Below are positions 9,312 to 19,495 of a stretch of 64,000 bases of DNA, piece by piece (position 1 is the first letter of the stretch; each line of letters starts with the position of its first letter). A model generated the notes under the pieces. The model saw only the letters and a program-made list of their open reading frames with translations, was not told where the DNA came from and did no database searches. The translations under genes and the position numbers were made by a program. The DNA comes from Candidatus Latescibacterota bacterium (lineage in GTDB: Bacteria > Latescibacterota > UBA2968 > UBA8231), in assembly GCA_965248265.1 (NCBI GenBank), contig CBDFJF010000002.1, positions 1,728,001 to 1,792,000 of the forward strand, written 5' to 3'.

Positions 9312-10730
9312 ATGGAATACTGGACGTTTCCGGCCGACTACGACCCTCACTACCGGCCCGACCCTGAGTCGCGCTACTGGTTTCCGTCACGAGAGACCAT
9401 GCCGGCGGCGGAACGCGAGCAGGCCATTCTGCAGCGATTGCAGCAGGTGACCGCGTACGCCTACGAGAAAGCTCCATTCTACCGGCGCATTTGGGATGAG
9501 GCCGGATTCCATCCTGATCAACTGACTACTCTCGAGGATTTCGAGGACAAGGTTCCCGTCATCACCAAGCAGGATCTGCGCGCCTCACAGACAGCGTCGC
9601 CGCCCTTTGGAGATTACCTGTGCATTGGTGAGGACGCGGTCTTTCACATTCATGGAACCTCAGGAACCACCGGCGACCCCACCGCCTTCGCCATCGGCCG
9701 CGATGACTGGGAGGCGATCGCCAATGCCCAGGCCCGTGTCATGTGGGGGATGGGGGTGCGGCCGGGAGACGTCGTCTTCGTGGCGGCCGTGTTCAGCTTG
9801 TACATGGGTTCGTGGGGCACGTTGGCCGGTGCCGAGCGCCTCGGGGCCGTGAGCTTTCCGTTTGGCGCTGGGGCACCGGGCATGAGTGTGCGCGCTGTCA
9901 ACTGGCTAAAGCGGGTGCACCCGAAGGCTTTCTACGGTACACCCTCCTATGCCCTTTACCTTGTAGATGTGGCGCACAACGAGGGCATCGACCCGCGTGA
10001 GTTTGGCATCGAGATCATGTTTTTTTCAGGCGAGCCTGGCGCCTCGGTCCCAGGTGTCCGGGACAAGATCGCTGAAGCCTACGGAGCCAGAGTCATCGAC
10101 TGTGGATCGATGGCGGAAATGACGCCGTGGATGAACGCCGCCGGCAGCTGTGAGTCGGAGGCGATGCTCTTGTGGCAGGACATCGTCTACACGGAAGTCT
10201 GCGATCCACAGTCTTTCGGGCGCGTGCCCTACGGTCAGCAGGGCACACCGGTTTACACCCATCTTGAACGGACATCGCAACCGATGATCCGCCTGTTGTC
10301 CGGCGATCTCACACGCTGGGAGGACGGCCCGTCACCGTGTGGGCGCACCTATCCCTGTCTACCCCACGGCATCTTCGGTCGCATCGACGACGCCTTCACC
10401 ATTCGCGGCGAGAACGTTTACCCAAGTGAAATCGACGCGGTGTTGAATCAGATAGAGGACTACGGCGGTGAGCATCGGATCATCATCACACGCGACGGCG
10501 CCATGGACGAACTACTGGTTCAGGTTGAGGGAAAGCCGCGGGTGTACGACAGTGACGAGACGGCAACGCTGTGCGATCGTGCAGCAGCCGACCTGCAGCG
10601 TGTGCTGGGAATTCGTACGCAAGTAGAGGTAGTCGCTCAAGAGACCTTTCCGCGCACCGACTTCAAAGCCCGCCGTGTGGTTGACGATCGCGAGGTGTTC
10701 CGCGACATGCACCGGCGCCTTGAACGATGA
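9312..10730 (+). CDS. hcl: 2-hydroxyisobutyrate-CoA ligase (phenylacetate-CoA ligase family)
   Basis: HGTSGTTG adenylation loop, GRIDD, RGENVYPSEI; N-terminal SRYWFPxRETMP resembles the Aquincola HCL as I recall it. Confidence 0.85.
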   Translation: MEYWTFPADYDPHYRPDPESRYWFPSRETMPAAEREQAILQRLQQVTAYAYEKAPFYRRIWDEAGFHPDQLTTLEDFEDKVPVITKQDLRASQTASPPFGDYLCIGEDAVFHIHGTSGTTGDPTAFAIGRDDWEAIANAQARVMWGMGVRPGDVVFVAAVFSLYMGSWGTLAGAERLGAVSFPFGAGAPGMSVRAVNWLKRVHPKAFYGTPSYALYLVDVAHNEGIDPREFGIEIMFFSGEPGASVPGVRDKIAEAYGARVIDCGSMAEMTPWMNAAGSCESEAMLLWQDIVYTEVCDPQSFGRVPYGQQGTPVYTHLERTSQPMIRLLSGDLTRWEDGPSPCGRTYPCLPHGIFGRIDDAFTIRGENVYPSEIDAVLNQIEDYGGEHRIIITRDGAMDELLVQVEGKPRVYDSDETATLCDRAAADLQRVLGIRTQVEVVAQETFPRTDFKARRVVDDREVFRDMHRRLER

Positions 10731-11719
10731 GTGCCACGGCAGGCCGAGCGGTACCCTCCCGGGAGTTGGTGGCGCCGGTATTGGCGGGCAAGATCTCCGC
10801 GATCGCGCGGTTGTTGAGTCGGGCGGAGAGTGGCGCCGACGAAGTGCTGGAGGCGTTGGAGGAGATTTATCGACACGCGGGCAAAGCCCACGTCGTCGGC
10901 ATCACCGGTGTGCCTGGTAGCGGCAAGTCGACGCTGTTGGCGAAGCTGGCTATTCATTTGCGCGAGTCCGGACGCCGCGTCGGCATCGTCGCCGTCGATC
11001 CAACCAGCCCGTTTTCGGGCGGATCCATCCTCGGGGATCGCATCCGCATGAACGAGCTGAGTGGAGATCCGGGCATTTTCATTCGCAGCATGGCGACCCG
11101 GGGGTCACTGGGTGGCTTGGCGCGGGCGACGCTGGACGCCGTTGACATTCTGGATGCGTCCGGGTATGACCCGGTCCTGATCGAAACCGTTGGCGTGGGG
11201 CAGGATGAGGTCGAGGTCGTGCAGGCGGCCCAGAGTACCGTGGTGGTGTCGGCGCCTGGTCTGGGTGATGACATCCAGGCAGTGAAAGCCGGTGTGCTCG
11301 AAATTGCCGATATCCACGTGGTGAGCAAATGCGACCGTCCTGACGCCAACCGCACCATCACGGATTTGAAGGGCATGCTGACGTTGGGTGCGCATGCCAG
11401 CGCTGAAGGGCGCTCCGCATCTGCGTGGGCGTTGCCAGTCGTGGCGACGAGTGCGGAGAGCGGTAGAGGAATTGAAGAACTGGTTGAGAAGGTTGATGCG
11501 CATCGGGTCTTTCTGAAAGAGACCGGTGCCTTGATGGAACGCCAGCGACACATTGCGCAAAGACGTTTGTTGAAAGCAGCAGAGGATTTACTGCGGGACG
11601 AATTCGCCCGGCAGCATGGCGACATGGCACAGATCATCGACGATATGGTAGATCGCGACGTTCATCCAAGCGCGGCGGCCAGGCAGTTGATCGAGCGAGT
11701 ACGGAAGGAGAGCGATTGA
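10727..11719 (+). CDS. meaH: MeaB/ArgK-family GTPase chaperone of acyl-CoA mutase
   Basis: GVPGSGKST, AVDPTSPFSGGSILGDRIRM, ETVGVGQDE. Confidence 0.93.
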   Translation: MSATAGRAVPSRELVAPVLAGKISAIARLLSRAESGADEVLEALEEIYRHAGKAHVVGITGVPGSGKSTLLAKLAIHLRESGRRVGIVAVDPTSPFSGGSILGDRIRMNELSGDPGIFIRSMATRGSLGGLARATLDAVDILDASGYDPVLIETVGVGQDEVEVVQAAQSTVVVSAPGLGDDIQAVKAGVLEIADIHVVSKCDRPDANRTITDLKGMLTLGAHASAEGRSASAWALPVVATSAESGRGIEELVEKVDAHRVFLKETGALMERQRHIAQRRLLKAAEDLLRDEFARQHGDMAQIIDDMVDRDVHPSAAARQLIERVRKESD

Positions 11720-13398
11720 TGGCGCAGGACGGCAGGAAGCGGGACGACTTCGCCACTCAGCTGCAATTGTGGGAAGAGAACGAAGTAGAGGAGTTCAGGA
11801 AGCGTCAACCGGAACGGCAGAGCCAGTTCACGACCTACGGAGGCCTGCCGGTCGAGCGCCTGTACACGGTACTGGATGAAACGCCGCTGGAAGACATCGG
11901 CCTGCCGGGGCAGTACCCGTTTACCCGTGGTCCCTATCCGACCATGTACCGAGGCCGCGTGTGGACGATGCGCCAGATCGCCGGTTTCGGTACCGGCGAG
12001 GACACCAACCGGCGCTTCAAGTACCTGATCGAGAACGGGTTGACCGGGTTGTCCGTCGACTTCGACATGCCCACGCTCATGGGCTACGACTCCGACCATC
12101 CGATGAGTGAAGGCGAGGTCGGCCGCGAAGGTGTCGCCGTCGATACCCTGGCTGACATGGAGGCGCTGTTCGATGGTATCGACCTCGAACAGATTTCCGT
12201 TTCCATGACCATCAACCCGACCGCCTGGATCCTGCTGGCCATGTACGTGGCCCTGGCCGAGAAACGGGGCTGTGATCTCGACAAGCTGGCCGGCACTATT
12301 CAAGCGGACATCCTCAAGGAGTACATGGCGCAGAAGGAGTGGATTTTTCCGATTGAGCCGTCAGTGCGGTTGGTGCGCGACTGCATAACATTCTGTGCCG
12401 GCAGGATGAAGCGCTACAATCCGGTCAATGTTTCGGGCTACCACATCTCCGAAGCGGGTGCCTCGCCTTTGCACGAAGCTGCGTTCACGCTGGCCAATGG
12501 CATCACCTACGTTGAGGAGGTTCTGAAAACCGGCATGGCGGTGGATGACTTCGCGCCCCGACTGTCGTTCTACTTCGTCTCGCAGTCCGACTTCTTCGAG
12601 GAGATCGCCAAGTTCCGGGCCGCGCGGCGTTGCTGGGCAAAAATCATGAAGGAGCGCTTCGGAGCTAAGAATCCAGCCTCCATGCGCCTGCGCTTCCATT
12701 GTCAGACGGCTGCGGCAACGCTCACCAGACAACAGTACAGGATCAATATCGTGCGCACGGGATTGCAGGCACTGGCGGCGGTGCTGGGAGGCGCGCAGAG
12801 TCTGCACACCAACGGCATGGACGAGGCCTTCGCGATCCCGACGGAGGAGGCGATGAAGATCGCCCTGCGCACACAGCAGATCATCGCCGAAGAGACCAAT
12901 GTTGCCAATGTCATCGACCCCCTCGGGGGTTCGTACTATCTCGAGAGTCTGACCACCGAGTTTGAGCGCGGCATTTTCGCTGTGCTGGACGAAATCGACT
13001 CCGGTGGTGGCACCGCGAAGCTGATCGAGGAGGGTTGGTTTCAGAAGCACATCGCTGATTTTGCCTATGAAGTGGCACTGAAAAAGCAATCTGGTGAAAA
13101 GACCGTGATCGGGGTGAACAAGTTCGTCGAGGATGAAGAGTCGATGGACGTCGAGACCCACGGTTACGATCCGGCGGTGGTCGAACGACAGCTGGGCAGG
13201 TTGAAACGAGTGCGGGACGAACGCGATGACAATGAGGTCAGGGCTCTGCTGGGTACATTGCAGAGCGCGGCGCGCGACGAGTCAGCCAATCTAATGTCGG
13301 TGACTATCGAGCTGGTCAAAGCCGGCGCCACGATGGGGGACATCGTCGAATCGCTGCGCGAAATCTGGGGGACCTACCAGGAAACCCCCGTGTTCTAA
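11719..13398 (+). CDS. hcmA: 2-hydroxyisobutyryl-CoA mutase large subunit
   Basis: MCM-family large subunit with RQIAGFG (Ile where MCM has Tyr and ICM has Phe) and Asp 27 residues later (SVDFDMPT); ATG overlaps the meaH stop (TGATG). Confidence 0.9.
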   Translation: MAQDGRKRDDFATQLQLWEENEVEEFRKRQPERQSQFTTYGGLPVERLYTVLDETPLEDIGLPGQYPFTRGPYPTMYRGRVWTMRQIAGFGTGEDTNRRFKYLIENGLTGLSVDFDMPTLMGYDSDHPMSEGEVGREGVAVDTLADMEALFDGIDLEQISVSMTINPTAWILLAMYVALAEKRGCDLDKLAGTIQADILKEYMAQKEWIFPIEPSVRLVRDCITFCAGRMKRYNPVNVSGYHISEAGASPLHEAAFTLANGITYVEEVLKTGMAVDDFAPRLSFYFVSQSDFFEEIAKFRAARRCWAKIMKERFGAKNPASMRLRFHCQTAAATLTRQQYRINIVRTGLQALAAVLGGAQSLHTNGMDEAFAIPTEEAMKIALRTQQIIAEETNVANVIDPLGGSYYLESLTTEFERGIFAVLDEIDSGGGTAKLIEEGWFQKHIADFAYEVALKKQSGEKTVIGVNKFVEDEESMDVETHGYDPAVVERQLGRLKRVRDERDDNEVRALLGTLQSAARDESANLMSVTIELVKAGATMGDIVESLREIWGTYQETPVF

Positions 13399-13409
13399 AT
13401 GAGTTCGTC

Positions 13410-15119
13410 GTGAATGAGCACCACCTCCTGATCTTCCTGGTGCAGGTTCTGATTCTGCTGACATTGGCTCGCTCCGCCGGCGAGATGCTGCGGCGTTGGG
13501 GGCACGCGCCGGTGGTGGGAGAGATCCTGGTGGGTGTGCTCCTGGGACCCACTCTGCTTGGCCGCGCCGCCCCGGTGTTCCACAAGCTTCTGTTTCCCGA
13601 GGACCCGATTCAGCAGAGCATGTTGGACGTGGTTTCCTGGTTCGGTGTGCTCTTCCTCCTGCTCGAGACCGGTTTGGAGATCGATGTGTCGGCAGCATGG
13701 CGTCAGCGCGGACCGGCGCTGCGCATCGGTGTGGTCGGGGTCCTCGTGCCGCTGATCGTCGGTTCTCTCCTTTCCTATGGGTTGCCCGATCGCTATCTGG
13801 CCGATGCGGATGGACGTGTCGTCTTCTCGCTCTTTCTCGGCACCACCATGGCCATCAGTGCAATGGTCATCATCGCACGAGTACTGCAGGACCTGGACCT
13901 GGTAAAGAGTGACCTGGGTTTGGTGACCCTTTGTGGTTACGCAGTAAACGACATTCTAGCCTGGGTGATCTTCTCTCTCGTAGTCGGGGCCGCAACGCAG
14001 GCGAGTCTCGACTGGATGACGGTGCTCTACCTGCTTGCCAGTACTGTCGCCTTTACGGCGCTTTCGCTCACCGCCGGCCTGCGCTTTGTCAGCGCGACAA
14101 TCTCGCGCATCCATGCCGGTCTGCCCGAGAGGCCGGGAGCGATACTGACATTCGTCTGCTGCCTCGGTCTTGGCTGCGGCGCGTTTACTCAATGGTTGGG
14201 GCTCACGGCGCTGTTCGGTTTCTTTCTTGCGGGCATCATGGCGGGACAAACCCGCGCGCTGACTGAGCGCAACAGGAGCATCATTTCCCAGATGGTGCAT
14301 GCTATATTCGTGCCCCTCTACTTCGCCGGACTGGGACTGCGATTCGACTTCTTCGGCAACTTCGATCTCCTCCTCGTTCTGTTCGTCACAGTCGTATCCA
14401 TCACCGTCAAGTTCGCCGGTGCCTGGCTTGGGGCCTTGGGTAAAGAAATCTCCCCCGAGGACCGTCTGTCGATCGGTATCGCCTTTACTCCCAGTGGAGT
14501 CACTGGCATCGTGGTGGCAGGCGTGGCACTTGAGTACCACATCATCTCGACTCCGATTTTTGTTGCTATCGTGTTCAGCGCGATCGCATCGGCACTGTTG
14601 GTGGCACCCTGGCTCTCGTGGTCGATCCGGCGCCGCGGTGAAGTGGACCTGCTCAGATACTTACCGCCCGAGGCGGTGCTTACCCAACTGAGCGGCTCTG
14701 ATCAGTTTGATGTCATCGCCGAGCTCTGTGGCGTCGCGGCTAAGGCTGGCGGGATACCTGCTGAAACTCTCGCAACAGACGTGCACGAGCGTGAAAGACT
14801 CATGGGAACTGCCACAGGAGGTGGAGTGGCGATTCCCCACGCACGCATCGAATCGCTGCAGAGGCCAGTGCTGTCATTCGGGCGGTCGCGCAACGGCGTT
14901 GACTGGAATGCACCAGACGGTCAGCCCGTCCACTTCGTCTTCCTCGTGCTAACTCCGGAGCGCCAAGAAGGATTGCAGCTCCAGATATTGGCGGCAATCG
15001 CACAAGGGATGGCCGCCGGCGGTAGGGAACGTCTCAGCGCAGCAGCGGATGCCAGCGAATTGCGGTCAGCTGTCGGGGGGACCCTGGCGGGCAGGCAATC
15101 GGACTCCGCCGATCGTTGA
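13410..15119 (+). CDS. Cation:proton antiporter (CPA2) with C-terminal PTS EIIA-like domain
   Basis: About 12 TM helices, PVVGEILVG, FVPLYF; C-terminal RERLMGT...GVAIPHAR...WNAPDGQPV. Confidence 0.9.
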   Translation: MNEHHLLIFLVQVLILLTLARSAGEMLRRWGHAPVVGEILVGVLLGPTLLGRAAPVFHKLLFPEDPIQQSMLDVVSWFGVLFLLLETGLEIDVSAAWRQRGPALRIGVVGVLVPLIVGSLLSYGLPDRYLADADGRVVFSLFLGTTMAISAMVIIARVLQDLDLVKSDLGLVTLCGYAVNDILAWVIFSLVVGAATQASLDWMTVLYLLASTVAFTALSLTAGLRFVSATISRIHAGLPERPGAILTFVCCLGLGCGAFTQWLGLTALFGFFLAGIMAGQTRALTERNRSIISQMVHAIFVPLYFAGLGLRFDFFGNFDLLLVLFVTVVSITVKFAGAWLGALGKEISPEDRLSIGIAFTPSGVTGIVVAGVALEYHIISTPIFVAIVFSAIASALLVAPWLSWSIRRRGEVDLLRYLPPEAVLTQLSGSDQFDVIAELCGVAAKAGGIPAETLATDVHERERLMGTATGGGVAIPHARIESLQRPVLSFGRSRNGVDWNAPDGQPVHFVFLVLTPERQEGLQLQILAAIAQGMAAGGRERLSAAADASELRSAVGGTLAGRQSDSADR

Positions 15120-15159
15120 CGCCGGTATTCTCGTGTGAGGTCAGTGATGATTCAGCCGA

Positions 15160-15219
15160 CAGCTGTTGATCAACCCGTGTGGGAGATCGGTCTGGTCTGA
15201 TCTGTAGAACGTAGGGACC
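15160..15219. repeat. 60-bp direct-repeat copy of 36746-36805 (5' end of the flavin reductase gene)
   Basis: CAGCTGTTGATCAACCCRTGTGGGAGATCGGTCTGGTCTGATCTGTAGAACRTAGGGACC at both sites, 2 mismatches. Confidence 0.9.
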
Positions 15220-15332
15220 TATCCCCGTGTTTCTCGGCGCACGTTGCGCTGGTGTCGACCGCGGTTTTGCACGTCCCGGTGCCCTGTCACGAAGGTATTC
15301 TTGTATTCGGCCGCCAAGTGTGCAATACTGCG

Positions 15333-16100
15333 TCATTTGAGGCCAACATCCTCCCATAGGCCTTTCATGAAATCGACAGCGAGATAGTACCCCCAATTTC
15401 CACCCTCGTAATATGCGGGGCCACCCTGCAGGGCGATCACATCCAGGACCTCCAACCGCAGGACCGGCGCCACGCCCTTGGTGGGTAGCGTTCCCTGGGC
15501 GGCGACGCCTATCGCCGTGAAAGTGCCGGAGGCGTTCCGCTTAATCGCGCCGATCTGCCCGGTCAGCGTGTAGTCGTCATCACCATTGAAGCTGACACCC
15601 GCCAACATATGCAAATAGTATCTTGGCAAATGAATCACCTGCTCGGAGATACCGGTGGCCACCTGGAGGTCGTCGGCCGTGAGCACGAGCTCGTATCGAT
15701 CACGGCCATTCGTCAGAATCCACACACCGTTGCTCTCTCGCAATGAAGCATCGGGGGCGATGTTGAGGAAGAAGTCGTTTCGGAGAGCCCGCCGGATGTC
15801 GGCGTGGACGCTACCATTGGCTAACTTGGCCGCCAGGGAGGTGGATAGTCTGGCCACGATAGAGTCAGGATTCGTGGTTCTTGTAACGGTCCACTTCCTA
15901 AACGAGACCTGATACAAACCGCCTGTCGTCGACGTAGGCTTCCACGAGTCGATCAAGGAAATATTTCCGACAGCAAGTGCTTTCTTGGCATGACGCTCGA
16001 CAGCCGGTGTCGGTACAAGCTGCGCGACCGCGGGTGACAGAGTTCCACTAAGTGCAGCGATGAGAAAAATACGCGTCAATGTCATCACAAGACTCCTCAT
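15333..16100 (-). CDS. Hypothetical secreted protein
   Basis: 255-aa ORF, signal peptide ending AVA-Q, ATGA overlap with the upstream hydrolase. Confidence 0.7.
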   Translation of the reverse strand: MRSLVMTLTRIFLIAALSGTLSPAVAQLVPTPAVERHAKKALAVGNISLIDSWKPTSTTGGLYQVSFRKWTVTRTTNPDSIVARLSTSLAAKLANGSVHADIRRALRNDFFLNIAPDASLRESNGVWILTNGRDRYELVLTADDLQVATGISEQVIHLPRYYLHMLAGVSFNGDDDYTLTGQIGAIKRNASGTFTAIGVAAQGTLPTKGVAPVLRLEVLDVIALQGGPAYYEGGNWGYYLAVDFMKGLWEDVGLK

Positions 16101-17122
16101 ACCCGTAGGCGATTCACAACTTCCGTCATGACGCCGGGATCGTTGAACAACCGACTGTGCTCATTTACCTGGCGGTCGAACTCTGTCACGTATGGAGTGA
16201 TGTGTGGGCCCACCCACCTCTGAGTGAGGTCGCACGGTACGAGTGTATCACCCATCTGCTTCGGCAAGGCATCGGTGTCAAACAACCCACCACCGTCGCG
16301 TTGTACGCGGACACGCGTATGCTTGTTCCTCGCCATGAGGACGCTGAGTTCTATGTCTCCAGCCATATAGCCGGTAGGATCGGTGAGAATCTGTTGGACG
16401 GCAATCGTGCGATCGATCAGATCGCTGGAGATGTGTGGGTACGAGGCCCACGCGGTGAAGTCGGTCAACTGCTGGTTGTCAGGCGCCACGTCGCCGTTGG
16501 CATCGAGAACGGCGGGCCACGCTGGCATCATCTGGTAAATGGCTGGCCAGGAGCGCACGATCTGCACAAAGTGGGGTGCTGCCGCTTCGCCCAGCTGGTT
16601 ACCAAGAATGAGTGCCCGCGCCGAATTGATAGTGCCGGCGAGTGGCACACCGACGAGAATGACCGATGCCACGTAATTCGAAAACTCGTTGGGCGAGCCC
16701 ATCATCTTGCTCGCAGCAACAATCACCAGGCCGCCTTGCGAATGTCCGACCAGGTTCCAGCGGCCGTCGGCCGGCTTGCGCTGCTTGATGAAATCGATCA
16801 GCTGTCCGGCACTGTAGCGAATGTCCGCTCGCCAATCATACAGAAAATGGTTCCAATCGGCCGGGACCTGGTTGTAGGCGACCTTGAGGGTGTGGCCGGG
16901 CCTGATGGACATGCCCGGCTTCAAGCTCGTTTTCACCGGCGCGATCTGCCCGGGCCGGTGCTCCATGCTGAGCAGGGAGACCAGCTCGGAGGCATCCATG
17001 CCGAGCAAGCCCCTGGACAGCACCCCGATCTGCATCTTAACGGGATATCCGATATCCTTCCCATCCGTTCCGATGAACGTGATACCCCCGGTTCCGGGAA
17101 CCAACGCCGTGGAGTTAGGCAA
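16097..17122 (-). CDS. Alpha/beta hydrolase, LCAT/PGAP1-like lipase or acyltransferase
   Basis: LVPGTGG, FLYDWR, GHSQGG nucleophile, GDTLVP, C-terminal His; GAGGAGG RBS before TTG. Confidence 0.85.
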   Translation of the reverse strand: MPNSTALVPGTGGITFIGTDGKDIGYPVKMQIGVLSRGLLGMDASELVSLLSMEHRPGQIAPVKTSLKPGMSIRPGHTLKVAYNQVPADWNHFLYDWRADIRYSAGQLIDFIKQRKPADGRWNLVGHSQGGLVIVAASKMMGSPNEFSNYVASVILVGVPLAGTINSARALILGNQLGEAAAPHFVQIVRSWPAIYQMMPAWPAVLDANGDVAPDNQQLTDFTAWASYPHISSDLIDRTIAVQQILTDPTGYMAGDIELSVLMARNKHTRVRVQRDGGGLFDTDALPKQMGDTLVPCDLTQRWVGPHITPYVTEFDRQVNEHSRLFNDPGVMTEVVNRLRV

Positions 17123-17439
17123 GACGGTCCTCCTCGAAGTGGAGTGAATTATGGCTATAAGTCGAGATTATCGTTAGTCCAGACCTGCCCGAATCTGTTC
17201 CATAATTTGTCGTGGGGTGGTCGGGTGATCTCATAGCAACCTATCATTGCTCCATCGAAATTCAAGCTGCCCAAAAAGGCCTCCGTACTAATACGGATAA
17301 AGGCCCTAAACACTTGATACGGCTGACTAGCGCAGACCGCGCTCACAACCGTCTGCAGCTACGTACTGCAGAGAGTGCAGAGATCCTGACTGAACACTCT
17401 GCCGTGGACAGCCACTTCGTAGGTGTGGTTCTGGCTCCT

Positions 17440-18498
17440 CTATGAATCGAACCGAATCCATGCACCTGGCGCAGGCATTATGATTCTGTCGTCTTGAGGG
17501 AATACCGACTTCAGCCGGTCGAGGAATCTCTTCGCATTCATCATTGGCACGGTGCGAAGGTTCTTCGAGTCATCCGGTAGATGACCGAAGAAGTTCTCCC
17601 AGTGTGACAGAATGACATACCGTGGATTTAGTTCCTGGATGATGGATTCGGGATAGTTCTTAACCTGTTCGTATCCAGCTACGCATACGATTGCCAGATC
17701 GATTCGCCTATGCTCCTCGGGGTATGTAAAGGGGGGCGGAAAGCCATAAGGGGGATTGCTGGTGGCATCTTGATAGTGAATGCGGAATTTTACTGTGCTG
17801 CCGTCATCACTCATGAAATCGATCAGGTAGGCGAACGTCTGCCCTTCGCGCCATGAATTGGCCCGTGTGGGCAGTTTATCAAGGGGGTTGTCATACTTTC
17901 CCTTGTAGAGTTTGATTCCCATGAAGTGCGGCGCGTGTTCAGACTCAATGGCCATGAACCGTACTCTGCCTGTCCGGCTATGATACCATCTTCCTGGTTT
18001 GGCAGAAGTGCCGGCATCAGCGTTTACGGACACCAACTGGTCCGCCGGAAGTTCAGCGGCCAAAATAGATGTTGCCGTTTTGCTACCATACACTCTCGCT
18101 TTCTGGACGTAGTTCTTCACCACATGAGTTACGTCCATCAGATGGTCATAATGTGCATGGCCTATGATTATAGACTCCACATCGATCACTGATTCCCGTA
18201 TTGGTGCAAGGAAACGATCGATCTGCTCGGGATTGGGTTTGATTCGCCAGAACATCAATCGCTTCAGGGAGGGATTCGAGAAGAACGGAGCGGTCAGGAT
18301 CGAGTGTTCTCCACGGCGAATCAGGAATCCGCCAGAAGCCAGATACTTCACCTGAACCTTCTCACCATACGCCGGATCATCTGCCCCAACCTCGCTTACC
18401 CCAAGACTCACCGGAAGGTTCTTGATAGAACCGGTGCAGGCCGCCAGGCAGATCAAGGACACCACAGAGAGAATCTGTTTCATGAACTGATGCACCAT
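17440..18498 (-). CDS. MBL-fold metallo-hydrolase, probable lipoprotein
   Basis: LAAC lipobox, GHAHYDH, HAPH, SHWENFF. Confidence 0.85.
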   Translation of the reverse strand: MVHQFMKQILSVVSLICLAACTGSIKNLPVSLGVSEVGADDPAYGEKVQVKYLASGGFLIRRGEHSILTAPFFSNPSLKRLMFWRIKPNPEQIDRFLAPIRESVIDVESIIIGHAHYDHLMDVTHVVKNYVQKARVYGSKTATSILAAELPADQLVSVNADAGTSAKPGRWYHSRTGRVRFMAIESEHAPHFMGIKLYKGKYDNPLDKLPTRANSWREGQTFAYLIDFMSDDGSTVKFRIHYQDATSNPPYGFPPPFTYPEEHRRIDLAIVCVAGYEQVKNYPESIIQELNPRYVILSHWENFFGHLPDDSKNLRTVPMMNAKRFLDRLKSVFPQDDRIIMPAPGAWIRFDS

Positions 18499-18784
18499 CA
18501 GTTATAGGCGGCTGACAATACTATCGACCGCGAAGACTCCACAATATACAGATCGTCGATGCCGATCGCGATCACAGTATCCTGCTCGACTCAAAAGTCC
18601 GCTCCGAGCTCAAGATGCTCTACGTGGCTGTTTCACAAATAGTCATTAGGCTGGATCCCTCCTCCGTGCAGAACACGTAGCTGCCCCTTGCTTGTTGCAC
18701 GTGCAAGCAAAACCTTGCGCCTGGTTTCCCCCTCCTCCTGCGAAGGGCTTGAGATAGCCGGCCTCTTTCTGCCTGGAAGACTCA

Positions 18785-18800
18785 TGGCACACAGTTTGCA
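18785..18800 (+). promoter_or_regulatory. sigma54 -24/-12 promoter
   Basis: TGGCACACAGTTTGCA with GG-N10-GC spacing, ~115 bp upstream of an operon encoding a sigma54 activator. Confidence 0.75.
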
Positions 18801-18916
18801 TTTCTGCTGGTCGCAGAAAGAAACGTTCGATAGTGCAGCCTGCTGAGCACGAGTGACTCCGAAGCAGTGGAGATTGGTCTTCAGTAGGTGCCCATCGCAA
18901 GAAAAGGAGAAGAGCC

Positions 18917-19495
18917 ATGCGTTCATTCTTTGTGGTGACCGGTTCATCCCTACTCATATCCACACTGATTCTCTGCAGCTGCGGAGGACCGAGTACCACC
19001 AATCTGGCGCCTCGACCGGCTGGGGAGGTCATAAAAGCGAGTCCCGATTGGTTTCTAAAACCACCGACGGATTCGGAACATCTCTTTGCGGCTGCTTCGG
19101 CGACTTCGCGAGACATGCAGCTGGCACTCCAGAAGGCCAGGACCACGGCACAAACCGAGTTGGCCCAGCAATTGGGCACACGATTGGCAAATCTGACCAA
19201 GCAATTCCAGGAGGAAGTCGGTTTGGAAACGGATTCAGAGTTGCTGACGCAGTTCAGCTCAACCACCAAGGCGGTTACGAACGAGACGCTTACTGGTGCG
19301 GCGGTGGACCAGCAGAAGCTTGTCCCCGAAAAGAGGATCTACCGGGCTTACGTGCTGATGAGTCTGCCGATTGGGGGGGCGAATCAATTGTTGATGGATA
19401 AGATCGCAGCCAATCAGAATCTCTACACACGATTCCGCGCAACCCAGGCCTTCGACGCCCTGAATGCAGAGCTCGAGGCCCTTGAAGCGAAATAG
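18917..19495 (+). CDS. LPP20-family lipoprotein
   Basis: Signal peptide with LCSC lipobox, PDWF, ALQKARTTAQTELA, YRAYVLM; AAGGAG RBS. Confidence 0.8.
   Translation: MRSFFVVTGSSLLISTLILCSCGGPSTTNLAPRPAGEVIKASPDWFLKPPTDSEHLFAAASATSRDMQLALQKARTTAQTELAQQLGTRLANLTKQFQEEVGLETDSELLTQFSSTTKAVTNETLTGAAVDQQKLVPEKRIYRAYVLMSLPIGGANQLLMDKIAANQNLYTRFRATQAFDALNAELEALEAK

Noticed and set aside
11719-13398. Methylmalonyl-CoA or isobutyryl-CoA mutase call
   Set aside because: The specificity residue is Ile rather than Tyr or Phe, and the ligase and chaperone context fits HCM
16157-17236. 359-aa plus-strand ORF
   Set aside because: Antisense to the motif-bearing hydrolase
17307-17319. IHF-consensus-like TAAACACTTGATA
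   Set aside because: Short degenerate motif with no supporting context
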